A DNA stretch of 58,048 bases from an uncultured Eubacteriales bacterium (GCA_963622995.1 CAVFLH010000001.1:1-58048), one strand, 5' to 3'; counted from the first letter of the stretch, positions 1 to 10,039 are shown. The notes: generated by a model not told the origin, from the letters alone. A program made the numbers and translations.

Positions 1-54
1 ACGCACAATCAGCTACAGATTTTGTGCACTTTTTGGTATTTGCTCATTTATAGT
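1..54. repeat. Truncated copy (right part) of the 142-bp MITE-like element
   Basis: Positions 1-54 are identical to 25766-25819, including the right inverted repeat ATTTGCTCATTTATAG. Confidence 0.9.
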
Positions 55-146
55 AAATATTATGGTTATTCTAAGTTTTCTTAAGTATACAGGAATTCCT
101 CACGCATTTGCAACCCCCACGGGACAAACAGGGCGAAAATCGCATC

Positions 147-213
147 AAAAAGCCGGCTCCCCGCGTCCCGAGGACTCCCTTTCAGAAGTCCCCGGAACCG
201 GAAAACCGGTTTT
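147..213 (-). terminator. Probable intrinsic terminator of the cstA-like gene
   Basis: Imperfect GC-rich stem (AAAAAGCCGG...CCGGTTTT) just past the stop codon, giving a U-run on the minus strand. Confidence 0.5.
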
Positions 214-255
214 CAACTCTTAAATATATAAGTTACACATTATGTAAATCGCTAT

Positions 256-1956
256 TTATGCTCTGGCCTCAGAACCTGCCTTCTTATTGAACAACTCCTT
301 ACCGGATGTGACAACGATGATCACACCGAGAACCATAAGAAGAATTGCAACGATGAGCTGAAGTCCCTCAACCATAAATACTGCAGTACCTGCGCTGAAT
401 GCGCCTACGAGAGCGATAGTTCTCTGAACCAGTGCTGTGAAGGTTACGCAGAGCATAATCACACACGGGATGATCAGGGTCTTGTTCTGTCTGCCTGTTA
501 CCTTTAAGAATACGCAGAGTGTGATCAGAACCAGAGCGCTTAACAGCTGGTTTGCGCTTCCGAATAACGGCCAGATGTTGGAGTAACCAACTCTTGTAAG
601 GATGTAGCCGAATGCAAGTGTGACGATCGTGGATACATACTTGTTGCAGAGGAATTTTCTCCAGCCCTCTGCGTTCTCCATATCGTCTACGGAGAAGAGC
701 TCCTGGAAGGACATACGTCCGATACGTGCTACCGCGTCAAGGCTTGTAAGGGCAAGAGCGGATACGCACATGGTCATGAAGCACTGTGCAATGTAGATCG
801 GAAGACCGAACATCTCAAGAAGTCCTGCAACACCTGAGGAGAAGATCTGGAACGGAGTTCCTACTGCTGCAGTACCGTCAGCGGCTGCAGCGGCACCTGC
901 TACGCAGAGTGCAAGTACGGCTAAGAGACTCTCAAGAACCATAGCGCCGTAACCAATTTTCAACATATCTTTCTCGTTCTCAACGGTCTTGGAGGAAGTA
1001 CCGGAGGAAACGAGGCTGTGGAAACCAGAAACGGCTCCGCATGCTACGGTTACGAAAAGGATCGGGAACATGTTTCCGAGCTTCTCGTTTGTGAAACCTG
1101 TGTACATCGGAAGGTTCATGTTCGGATGTGCAACAACGATACCGACAACAGCGCCAATGATCATTCCGGCGAACATGAATGTTGTCATGTAGTCACGCGG
1201 CTGCTTTAAGAGCCACATCGGAAGAACAGATGCAAAGAAGATGTATGCAAATGTAAATCCTGTCCATGCGTCCTTGCCGCCGATTAACGGGAATGCCATA
1301 CCGATTGCAAGAGATGCAACTGTGCATGCAAGTCCTACGAAGAACTCGCTCTTGCCCTCAAGGTTGAGCTTCTTCTGAAGGACACCGAAGATCATAGCGA
1401 ATACGATGAAGGCAATGGAGATGGAACCTGCAGCGCCGTTTGTCTGGGCTGCTACCGCAAGCTCTGTAACGCCATCCTTAACGGTGTAAGCGTTGAATGT
1501 GCCTGCAACCATGTCCGCGAAAGCCGCGATAACGATCAATGTGAATAACCAGCAGAAGATCAGGAATAATCTCTTACCTGTCTTGCCGATGTACTTCTCG
1601 ATCAGAAGTCCCATGGACTTACCTTCGTTCTTTACACTTGCGTAAAGAGCGCCGAAGTCTGTGACAGCTCCGAAGAAGATACCGCCGACGAGGATCCAGA
1701 GAAGAACCGGAACCCAGCCGAATGCAGCCGCCTGGATGGCACCCGTTACAGGGCCGGCACCTGCGATGGAAGAAAACTGGTGTGAGAAAACGATCCAGCC
1801 GTTTGTAGGTACATAATCCTGTCCATCTTCATGTGTGTAGGCAGGTGTTTTTGCCTTCGGGTCGATGCCCCAGGTCTTTGCCAGCCAGCGTCCGTATACC
1901 ATATATCCGCATAACAGACACACAGCTGAGATGAGAACGATTACTAATGTGTTCAT
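256..1956 (-). CDS. cstA: Carbon starvation protein A (CstA/BtsT) family membrane transporter
   Basis: 566 aa polytopic protein with CstA motifs TPA..EDGQDYVP, HQFSSIAGAGPVTG, ACGAVSGFHSLVSSGTSSK and IWPLFGSANQLL. RBS GGAG upstream. Confidence 0.9.
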   Translation of the reverse strand: MNTLVIVLISAVCLLCGYMVYGRWLAKTWGIDPKAKTPAYTHEDGQDYVPTNGWIVFSHQFSSIAGAGPVTGAIQAAAFGWVPVLLWILVGGIFFGAVTDFGALYASVKNEGKSMGLLIEKYIGKTGKRLFLIFCWLFTLIVIAAFADMVAGTFNAYTVKDGVTELAVAAQTNGAAGSISIAFIVFAMIFGVLQKKLNLEGKSEFFVGLACTVASLAIGMAFPLIGGKDAWTGFTFAYIFFASVLPMWLLKQPRDYMTTFMFAGMIIGAVVGIVVAHPNMNLPMYTGFTNEKLGNMFPILFVTVACGAVSGFHSLVSSGTSSKTVENEKDMLKIGYGAMVLESLLAVLALCVAGAAAAADGTAAVGTPFQIFSSGVAGLLEMFGLPIYIAQCFMTMCVSALALTSLDAVARIGRMSFQELFSVDDMENAEGWRKFLCNKYVSTIVTLAFGYILTRVGYSNIWPLFGSANQLLSALVLITLCVFLKVTGRQNKTLIIPCVIMLCVTFTALVQRTIALVGAFSAGTAVFMVEGLQLIVAILLMVLGVIIVVTSGKELFNKKAGSEARA

Positions 1957-2081
1957 GTCATTTCGCTCCTTTGTGAATTCATTTTGTCATACCGGAATGT
2001 CGCGAGTTCCGGTCCCTTGTAGTCCATCCATATTCAAACGGTCGTGAAAGTACGGCAGGAATCGCTGTGGAATATACGGGT

Positions 2082-2392
2082 AAAACAAGAAAATCCTCCG
2101 TCTCCACAGGGATCGCTCCCATAGAAGACGAAGGATCTAACATTCTCCGCGTTACCACTTCTGTTGCCGGAAAACCGGCCTCTCAGTCCCATCCTCCTCA
2201 AGTATCTGCTGTACTCTCAGATGAATCGGTCCCCTTTTAACGGTGAGGTTTCCGTCCGGAATTACTAAAACAAGCTGTTCATCCCGGCTGCTTCCAGGTG
2301 ATAACCTTCTAATTTCTTATCTGCCTCGCACCGTCCGGCAGCTCTCTGAATAAGTTTCTGTTAGAAAGTCCTGTCCCGTTCATCGCATTTGA
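2082..2392 (-). promoter_or_regulatory. T-box riboswitch, specifier AUC (Ile)
   Basis: Minus strand shows Stem I with AGAGAG and GGTGCGA motifs, specifier loop GTT-ATC-A (ATC = 2302-2300), Stem II with GAA/AGTA, a IIA/B element, T-box AAGTGGTAACGCG (2160-2148), and a terminator hairpin at 2093-2136 with a U-run. Confidence 0.92.
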
Positions 2393-2407
2393 ATATGAAC
2401 AACACTC

Positions 2408-2435
2408 ATTTTAGTCACAAAAGTGATTTTGTCAA
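2408..2435 (-). promoter_or_regulatory. Sigma-A promoter for the T-box/cstA transcript
   Basis: TTGACA-16 bp-TAAAAT immediately upstream of T-box Stem I. Confidence 0.7.
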
Positions 2436-2588
2436 CCGCTATTTTTTGATCTTTGCGGTTTCTTATCACCATAAAATGCATATATATCTTTTTACTGCGG
2501 ACATTTTGCGCTATCTATCTTTCTCTGACAAATTATTATCAAAATTATGCACGATTTATGATCCGTTGTGCGGCGTTTTTTCTACACA

Positions 2589-3533
2589 CTAGTTTTCGCT
2601 CGTCCGGCGCACATTTGTCTCCATGAAGCGGTTGTAGCCGAGCCATCCCATGTTATCCCCTGCGCCTCTTAAGATCTCCGTCATGGTCTCCATCTTCGCG
2701 TCCGCGTTGTCCGCAAGATTTAACGCCATCGCCTCGATCAGAGCCGGTTTCTTCGGGGAACCGTACTCAAGCTCGCCGTGGTGGGCAAGAATGCAGTGGA
2801 TCAGCTCACTCTCCAGCTTTTTCGGGAATCCTGGCATCGCGTCGATCCGCTCTTTTACCATCTGGGAACCGATGATAATGTGGCCGAGAAGCTGTCCGTC
2901 ATCTGTGTAGTCGTTCTCCGGGAATGCGGAGAGTTCCTTTGTCTTTCCGATATCATGGAACATCGCTGCTGTTAAGAGAAGGTCACGGTTCAACACCGGG
3001 TACTGCTTGCTGAAGTAATCGCACATTTTTACAACACTTAAGGTGTGCTCTAAGAGTCCGCCGACAAAACCATGGTGAACGCTCTTTGCCGCGGAGTGGA
3101 AGGAGAACGCCTTCATGAACTCTGGGTCGTTGAAATAGCCGGATGCCAGCTTTCTTAAGTACTCGTTCTTGATGGTCGTGATGTACTGGGTGAGCTCATG
3201 CTGCATCGTCGGGATATCCTTTGTGGTCACCGGGAGATAGTCTGCCGGATGGTACTCGCCCTCGTCCGCCTTGCGGATCCGCTTTACGTTTAACTGATTC
3301 TGTCCCTGGAACAGAGTCACGTCCGCGTCAATATACACATAGTCCAGAGCGGAAAACTCGTTGATTCCCGGGGAATTCAGTTCCCAGATCTTCGCGTCGA
3401 TGGTTCCTGTTTTATCCTGCAGCACCATGGAACCATACTCTTTTCCATTTTTTGTGAGTGCGATCTGTTTTGTCTTGCACAGGTATACATCCGAAATGTG
3501 GTTTCCTTCCCGGAATGTTTCAATAAATCTCAT
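2589..3533 (-). CDS. yhaM: 3'-5' exoribonuclease YhaM/Cbf1 (OB fold + HD domain)
   Basis: N-terminal OB fold (LQDKTGTIDAKIW), HH..GGLLEHT, FHDIGK, GQLLGHI and HCILAHHG..EYGSP motifs. Confidence 0.88.
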   Translation of the reverse strand: MRFIETFREGNHISDVYLCKTKQIALTKNGKEYGSMVLQDKTGTIDAKIWELNSPGINEFSALDYVYIDADVTLFQGQNQLNVKRIRKADEGEYHPADYLPVTTKDIPTMQHELTQYITTIKNEYLRKLASGYFNDPEFMKAFSFHSAAKSVHHGFVGGLLEHTLSVVKMCDYFSKQYPVLNRDLLLTAAMFHDIGKTKELSAFPENDYTDDGQLLGHIIIGSQMVKERIDAMPGFPKKLESELIHCILAHHGELEYGSPKKPALIEAMALNLADNADAKMETMTEILRGAGDNMGWLGYNRFMETNVRRTSEN

Positions 3534-3626
3534 AATTTCTCCTTCTATTTACTGCGTCGGCAGCTGCTTACTGCTTTCGCATCTATCGCTTCAGTTTTAA
3601 GGCTGAAGCGTTATTATTGAACCAGA

Positions 3627-3656
3627 TAACTGTTCAGTATGTCTGAGCAGTTACAA
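3627..3656. repeat. Small palindromic intergenic element
   Basis: Hairpin TAACTGTTCAG-N5-CTGAGCAGTTA. 3641-3656 is the exact reverse complement of 27449-27464. Confidence 0.5.
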
Positions 3657-3674
3657 GCCAGGCAGTAATCATAA

Positions 3675-5000
3675 CTACCTGGCTCCAATCGTCACTTGAT
3701 ACTCTATTTCTTTATATTCATCAATCGACTTCCGTTTTACCGTAACTTTTACAGAATCTCCTGTCTTCGCGTCCTCCAGCCGGTTCTGGAAATCCCGGAT
3801 CGTCTGGATCTCCGTGTCCCCGATCTTTGTCAGGATATCGCCGTTCTGGATCCCCACGTTGTACGCAGGTCCATCCGCAACGGAGTCCGTAATATATACG
3901 CCGCTGGGGATTCCGCTCTCCATCATCGCGGAGGTCACATCCTGTCCCTTGATTCCGAAATACGGGGCGGACTGCCCGTTTGTAAGTTTCTGGAGCACGC
4001 CCTTGTACTCCGAGATCGGCATAGCCATCGTCTTATCTTCGATCTGTCCATTATCCCCGGACTGATAAGTATCGGTCGCCCAGCCCACAAGCTGGCCGGA
4101 AAGATTTAAGAGGAATGTTCCCTCTTCTGCATGGCTCTCAAACTCTGTATACAGAATACGAGTCTGACCATCCACCGCCTGGACTCCCTTTGCCACATAG
4201 GCGATCAGGCCCTGTTTGACGGAATGGACATGTCCGGACGGGCTGCCCACTGCGAGGACCATATCCCCGGTGCGGACGGAATAGGAGTTTCCAAGTTCCA
4301 CCGCCTTCATCCAGTTTACAGTCTGTTCATCAATGTCGGAGATCTTTGCGCTGACGACTGCCATCTTGGAGGTGGTGTCCTGAGATTTCAGTTCTACCGC
4401 CGCCGTGGATCCATCCCCAAAAGTCACCCGCAGGGAATCGGCTTCCGCCACCGCGCTCTGTCCTGTTAAGATCAGCGCCTCGCTGGGATTTACCGCGATA
4501 ATGATTCCGGCGTACTGTCCTGTCGTCTCGATGGGGTTATCAAACCAGTCCACGTCGTTTTTTACCGCGGAGACCGTCACAATACTCTTCTCCGATTCCA
4601 GGTAAATGTTCCGGAACGCGTCGTTTAACTCGGTGAGGTTTTTCGTCGTCCAGGGGAACTTTTCCATAGCATCCCCGACGATCTTATCCACTTCATCCTT
4701 CAGGTCTTCCGCTCGGATCCCCTCTCCTGTGGTCTCCGCCATGGTCTCCACCGGTGTCGGATCGCCGGACGGATCCTGGTCGCGTTCAATGGTGATCGGT
4801 GCGGAGGTCACCGGCTGCTCTTTTCCCAGAAGCTTTTTTGCCGTCGGCAGCGATACCACAAAGCTCACCGCCGCTACGCCGCCGAAAATAGCCGCAAAAA
4901 GAACATAGCACAGGATCCGGCCCGCGGCCCTGCGCTTATCGATCGGAGGTTTTACGACCTTTTCCCTCATAAATTTTTTCTCGTTAGGTGTATCTGACAT
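3675..5000 (-). CDS. Membrane-anchored HtrA/DegP-fold (trypsin-like + PDZ) protein, apparently catalytically inactive
   Basis: One TM helix, trypsin-like core (ELGNSYSVRTGDMVLAVGSP), C-terminal PDZ (GVYIT..GPAYNVGIQNGDIL). Start at ATG 5000 with RBS AAGGAG. Triad residues are not recognisable. Confidence 0.8.
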   Translation of the reverse strand: MSDTPNEKKFMREKVVKPPIDKRRAAGRILCYVLFAAIFGGVAAVSFVVSLPTAKKLLGKEQPVTSAPITIERDQDPSGDPTPVETMAETTGEGIRAEDLKDEVDKIVGDAMEKFPWTTKNLTELNDAFRNIYLESEKSIVTVSAVKNDVDWFDNPIETTGQYAGIIIAVNPSEALILTGQSAVAEADSLRVTFGDGSTAAVELKSQDTTSKMAVVSAKISDIDEQTVNWMKAVELGNSYSVRTGDMVLAVGSPSGHVHSVKQGLIAYVAKGVQAVDGQTRILYTEFESHAEEGTFLLNLSGQLVGWATDTYQSGDNGQIEDKTMAMPISEYKGVLQKLTNGQSAPYFGIKGQDVTSAMMESGIPSGVYITDSVADGPAYNVGIQNGDILTKIGDTEIQTIRDFQNRLEDAKTGDSVKVTVKRKSIDEYKEIEYQVTIGAR

Positions 5001-5361
5001 GAAAAAAGTCTCCTTTTCATATCTTACAGCAGCTCTTACTCCTGCTGCAGGCAAATATCCATCAAATATGATTCCATTTGCGGATTCTTTGCGTTTAGCC
5101 TATCTCCTTTTCATTATAATTTTTTTCCTCTTATTATGCAACAAAAAAATGGTGTATACAGGTTTCCGTGTTCCATTCAGCAGCTTCTTTCACCGGCAGT
5201 CCTGCCTGAGTCGGCGCACCTCCACCGTAAGAAAAAATCTCTAGGATATTTAACACGTTTGTGTTATACTTTTTCTGTGCAGACAGGCATCTTTACTGGA
5301 AATCTCCGCATATTTCATAAGGCGGAATGTCTGCGTATTAATAAAGAAAAAGGATCGACCT

Positions 5362-7758
5362 ATGAATCAGAAAGTATTAAAAACACTTGAATATTATAAA
5401 ATTATTGACCGTCTGACCGACTGTGCGGCGTCTGAACCGGGAAAGAAGATGTGCCGGGAACTGACTCCGTCCTCGAATTTCAACGAGATCGTCCAGGCCC
5501 AGACCGAGACCGCCGATGCGGTGACCCGCGTGCGCCAGAAAGGAAGTCTCTCCTTAGCCGGGGTCCGGGATGTAAGGGATTCCTTAAAGCGGCTGGAGAT
5601 TGGCAGTTCCTTAAGCATCATGGAACTTCTCTCCGTCAGCGGACTTTTGACATGCGCGGCCCGGGCGAAAAACTATGGACGCCACCCGGAAAATACGGAG
5701 CTGCCGGATGACTCCCTCGATGAAATGTTCCGCACTCTGGAACCGTTGACAAATGTCAACAGTGAGATTACCCGCTGTATTCTCGGCGAAGATGAGATCG
5801 CCGATGACGCGAGCCCGGGACTCCACCATGTCCGCCGCCAGATGAAGATCACGGCAGATAAGGTCCACACTCAGTTAAACTCCATCTTAAACTCCAGCCG
5901 TACCATGCTGCAGGACGCCGTTATCACCATGCGTGACGGACGCTACTGCCTCCCGGTCCGGGCCGAGTATAAGAGCCAGTTCGCCGGAATGGTCCATGAC
6001 CAATCTTCTACCGGTTCCACGCTCTTTATCGAGCCGATGGCAATCATCAAGCTGAACAACGAGCTTCGGGAGCTGGAGTTAAAGGAGCAGAAAGAGATCG
6101 AGATGATCTTAGCTGCCTTAAGCACCGAGCTTGTCCCGTATATCGAGCCGATCACGACGGATTTTGAGATCCTCACGAAGCTGGATTTCATCTTTGCGAA
6201 GGCGGCTCTGGCAAGAATTTACAACTGTTCCATGCCGAAATTCAACCGCAAAGGTTATATCCATATCAAAGACGGACGTCATCCGCTCCTTGACCCGAAA
6301 AAAGTCGTTCCGATCAATATCTGGATGGGAAGAGACTTCGACCTGCTGATCGTAACGGGTCCGAATACAGGCGGTAAGACCGTATCCTTAAAGACCGTCG
6401 GCCTGTTTACCCTTATGGGACAGTCCGGACTGCAGATCCCGGCATTTGACGGATCCGAGCTCTCCGTTTTCGACGAGGTGTTCGCAGATATCGGCGATGA
6501 GCAGAGCATCGAGCAAAGCTTAAGTACCTTCTCCGCCCATATGACAAATATCGTCAAGATCTTAAACCAGGCGGACAGCCGGTCCCTCTGTCTCTTCGAT
6601 GAGCTTTGTGCCGGAACAGATCCGACCGAGGGCGCTGCCTTGGCGATCTCCATCCTGTCCTTCCTTCACAACATGAAGTGCCGGACCATGGCGACCACCC
6701 ATTACAGCGAATTAAAGGTATTCGCCCTGTCTACACCGGGCGTTGAGAACGCGTGCTGTGAGTTTAATGTTGAGACACTGCGTCCAACTTACAAGCTTTT
6801 GATCGGTATTCCTGGAAAGAGCAACGCGTTTGCGATCTCCAAGCAGCTCGGTCTGCCGGATTATATCATCGATGACGCGAAGACCCACCTGGAGTCCAAC
6901 GATGAAGCATTTGAGGATTTGCTTGCAAACTTAGAGCAGAGCCGTGTGACTATCGAGAAAGAGCGGGAAGAGATCGCAAGCTACAAGGAAGAGATTTCCC
7001 GCTTAAAGAAGAATATCGAGCAGAAGGAAGAGCGGCTTGATGAGCGAAAGGAAAAGCTCTTAAAAAACGCCAACGAGGAAGCTCAGCGGATCTTACGCGA
7101 GGCGAAGGAGACCGCGGACCAGACGATCCGCAACATCAACAAGCTCGCCGCAAGCTCCGGTGTCGGAAAAGAACTGGAGGCCGAGAGAACGAAGCTCCGC
7201 GAAAAGCTGGATAAAGTCGATAAAAACTTAAGTCTCAAGAACAATAAGGGACCGAAAAAGACGATCTCGCCGAAGAAATTAAAGATCGGTGACGGCGTCA
7301 GGGTTCTCACGATGAACTTAAAGGGAACGGTCAGCACACTGCCGAACGCGAAGGGCGATCTCTATGTACAGATGGGAATCCTGCGCTCCCTCGTAAATAT
7401 CAAGGATCTGGAGCTCTTAGACGAGGCGTCCGTATCCGGGCCGGGTCTCGATCCGGCTGCCATGAAGCGGAACAACACCGGAAGCGGAAAGATCAAGATG
7501 TCCAAGTCCTTCTCCGTCTCCCCGGAGGTCAACCTCATCGGAATGACAACGGACGAGGCGATGCCGGTCCTCGACAAGTATCTGGACGACGCTTATCTCG
7601 CCCATCTTCCGCAGGTTCGCGTCGTGCATGGACGCGGAACTGGTACGCTAAGAGCGGCGGTTCATAAACATCTGAAGAAGCTTAAATATGTGAAGGAGTT
7701 CAGACTTGGTGAGTTTGGAGAAGGCGATACGGGTGTTACGATTGTAACTTTCAAGTAA
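5362..7758 (+). CDS. mutS2: MutS2 (RqcU-type) ATPase/endonuclease
   Basis: TGPNTGGKT Walker A, DIGDEQSIEQSLSTFS, DELCAGTDP, coiled coil, KOW region and C-terminal Smr domain (VVHGRGTG). Confidence 0.95.
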   Translation: MNQKVLKTLEYYKIIDRLTDCAASEPGKKMCRELTPSSNFNEIVQAQTETADAVTRVRQKGSLSLAGVRDVRDSLKRLEIGSSLSIMELLSVSGLLTCAARAKNYGRHPENTELPDDSLDEMFRTLEPLTNVNSEITRCILGEDEIADDASPGLHHVRRQMKITADKVHTQLNSILNSSRTMLQDAVITMRDGRYCLPVRAEYKSQFAGMVHDQSSTGSTLFIEPMAIIKLNNELRELELKEQKEIEMILAALSTELVPYIEPITTDFEILTKLDFIFAKAALARIYNCSMPKFNRKGYIHIKDGRHPLLDPKKVVPINIWMGRDFDLLIVTGPNTGGKTVSLKTVGLFTLMGQSGLQIPAFDGSELSVFDEVFADIGDEQSIEQSLSTFSAHMTNIVKILNQADSRSLCLFDELCAGTDPTEGAALAISILSFLHNMKCRTMATTHYSELKVFALSTPGVENACCEFNVETLRPTYKLLIGIPGKSNAFAISKQLGLPDYIIDDAKTHLESNDEAFEDLLANLEQSRVTIEKEREEIASYKEEISRLKKNIEQKEERLDERKEKLLKNANEEAQRILREAKETADQTIRNINKLAASSGVGKELEAERTKLREKLDKVDKNLSLKNNKGPKKTISPKKLKIGDGVRVLTMNLKGTVSTLPNAKGDLYVQMGILRSLVNIKDLELLDEASVSGPGLDPAAMKRNNTGSGKIKMSKSFSVSPEVNLIGMTTDEAMPVLDKYLDDAYLAHLPQVRVVHGRGTGTLRAAVHKHLKKLKYVKEFRLGEFGEGDTGVTIVTFK

Positions 7759-7925
7759 TTCTCAAATAAGAACTACTCCAGAATTTCCTTAAGCAGGGCT
7801 TTTTGAGTTATGTCAACCACAAAATTTTCAATTCTGCCCAGGCTCACACAGGAAATGGTTCTCTTTTTGCTTTACAGAAAAAAAGCTGAAGTCTTTACGA
7901 TAAATTTTAGAAGGAGGAGACCTCC

Positions 7926-8636
7926 ATGGTCGATAAACAGAAAATTCTCATCGTCGACGATGACGAGAATATTGCAGAGTTAATTTCCCTGTACCTGATG
8001 AAAGAATGTTATGAGACAAAGATCGTCGGAGACGGAGAATCCGCATTGAAGGAGGTTCCGGTCTTTAAGCCGAACCTGATCCTTCTCGACCTGATGCTGC
8101 CGGGCATGGACGGCTACCAGGTCTGCCGGGAGATCCGCACGACCTCCCAGGTACCGATCATCATGCTGTCCGCAAAGGGCGAGGTCTTCGACAAGGTCTT
8201 AGGCCTGGAGCTCGGTGCCGACGACTACATGATCAAACCGTTTGATTCAAAAGAACTCGTTGCCAGAGTCAAGGCTGTTCTCCGCCGCTACCAGGCGGCC
8301 CCGGCCAGCATAGCAGCCGCGACGAAACAGCAGGGCGAATATGTGGAGTACCCGAACCTTATCGTCAACCTGACGAACTATTCGGTCCTCTACAAGGGCC
8401 ACTCCGTGGACATGCCGCCGAAGGAACTGGAGCTTTTATATTTCCTCGCGTCCTCCCCGAACCAGGTCTTCACCCGCGAACAGCTGCTGGACCATATCTG
8501 GGGATATGAATACATCGGTGACACCCGGACCGTCGACGTCCACATCAAGCGCCTGCGCGAAAAGATCCGAGATGACGAGAACTGGGCGTTAGCTACCGTC
8601 TGGGGAATCGGCTATAAATTCGAGGTAAGACGATGA
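7926..8636 (+). CDS. OmpR/PhoB-family response regulator
   Basis: Receiver domain (ILIVDDD, LLDLMLPGMDG, GADDYMIKPF) plus winged-helix DBD (RTVDVHIKRLREK, TVWGIGYKF). RBS AGGAGG. Confidence 0.95.
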   Translation: MVDKQKILIVDDDENIAELISLYLMKECYETKIVGDGESALKEVPVFKPNLILLDLMLPGMDGYQVCREIRTTSQVPIIMLSAKGEVFDKVLGLELGADDYMIKPFDSKELVARVKAVLRRYQAAPASIAAATKQQGEYVEYPNLIVNLTNYSVLYKGHSVDMPPKELELLYFLASSPNQVFTREQLLDHIWGYEYIGDTRTVDVHIKRLREKIRDDENWALATVWGIGYKFEVRR

Positions 8637-10039
8637 CCCGTTCTCTTTACACCAAGTTTCTTCTGGGCTATCTGGTCTTTGGTCTCCTGGGGTTCATTTT
8701 TATCGCGACCATGTCCTCAAAGATCACCTACCAGTATCTCCTGGAAGAGGAGTCCGAAACGCTCTACGATGAGGCGAATCTCCTCGCCTCCACCTACAGC
8801 GATATCTATCAGGGCAAAAATATCAGCCTGTCCACGGCAAACCCGCAGCTGCAGGCTGTTGCTACCTATCTCAATGCGCAGGCCTGGGTCATCAACCAGA
8901 AAGGCAGTGTCGTTGCGGAGACATCCCCGGCCTCCCACATCGGTACCTCCATCGAGGGATTTGATCCCACGGCGGCCGGAAACCGCTCATATATGACTGG
9001 CAGATTTTTCGGTATGTTCGATGAGGACATGCTGTCTGTCATCGCGCCGATCACGGGAAATTTTAATACGTATGGATATGTGGTGATCCACATGCCCATC
9101 GAGCAGGTCGTACATGGCAAAGACAGAATTCTGAACATTGTATACATCACGGCGCTGGTGATCTTCATCCTGTCCCTGATCATTCTTCTCGTCTTCACGC
9201 AGACCGTATACTTCCCGTTAAAGAAGATCACGGCAGGAGCGAAGGAATATGCGGCGGGAAACTTAAGCCATACGATCAAGGTAAATTCCGCTGATGAGAT
9301 GGGATATCTTGCCAACACCTTAAATTATATGTCCAGCGAGTTAAATAAGATGGAGGAATATCAGCACTCCTTTATCGCCAATGTCTCCCATGACTTCCGC
9401 TCCCCGTTAACATCCATCAAGGGATATCTGGAAGCCATCAAGGACGGAACGATCCCGCCGGAATTATATGATAAGTACCTCGGCATCCTGATCTCCGAGA
9501 CGGAGCGGTTAAACAAGCTCACCCAGGGCATGCTGACGTTGAACTCCCTCGACAGCAAGGGATTCCTGACCCGCAGCAACTTCGATATTAACCGTGTCAT
9601 CAAGGACACGGCGGCGACCTTCGAGGGAACCTGTAGCGCAAAACAGATCGTTCTGGATCTCACCTTCGCCGCGGATATCCAGATGGTCTACGCGGACCTC
9701 GGAAAGATCCAGCAGGTGCTCTACAACCTGATCGACAACGCCATCAAATTCAGTCATGAGAATTCCGTGATCTATATTCAGACCTCGTTAAAGTACGAGA
9801 AAGTCTTTGTTTCCGTGAAAGATACGGGAATCGGTATTCCGAAAGACAGTATCAAGAAGATCTGGGACCGCTTCTATAAGTCGGATCTCTCAAGAGGCAA
9901 GGATAAGAAAGGAACGGGACTCGGACTGGCGATCGTCAAAGAGATCATCCAGGCACATGGGGAAAATATCGATGTGATCAGTACGCATGGCGTCGGATCA
10001 GAGTTTATTTTTACGCTGCCGAAGGCGACGGCGCTGTAA
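8633..10039 (+). CDS. HAMP-domain sensor histidine kinase
   Basis: Two TM helices, HAMP, H-box SHDFRSPLTSI, N-box NLIDNAIKF, G-boxes DTGIG and GTGLGL. Overlaps the regulator stop (ATGA). Confidence 0.95.
   Translation: MTRSLYTKFLLGYLVFGLLGFIFIATMSSKITYQYLLEEESETLYDEANLLASTYSDIYQGKNISLSTANPQLQAVATYLNAQAWVINQKGSVVAETSPASHIGTSIEGFDPTAAGNRSYMTGRFFGMFDEDMLSVIAPITGNFNTYGYVVIHMPIEQVVHGKDRILNIVYITALVIFILSLIILLVFTQTVYFPLKKITAGAKEYAAGNLSHTIKVNSADEMGYLANTLNYMSSELNKMEEYQHSFIANVSHDFRSPLTSIKGYLEAIKDGTIPPELYDKYLGILISETERLNKLTQGMLTLNSLDSKGFLTRSNFDINRVIKDTAATFEGTCSAKQIVLDLTFAADIQMVYADLGKIQQVLYNLIDNAIKFSHENSVIYIQTSLKYEKVFVSVKDTGIGIPKDSIKKIWDRFYKSDLSRGKDKKGTGLGLAIVKEIIQAHGENIDVISTHGVGSEFIFTLPKATAL

Noticed and set aside
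108..290. 60-aa plus-strand ORF
   Set aside because: TTG start, no RBS, runs through the cstA terminator and overlaps the cstA end. No recognisable motif.
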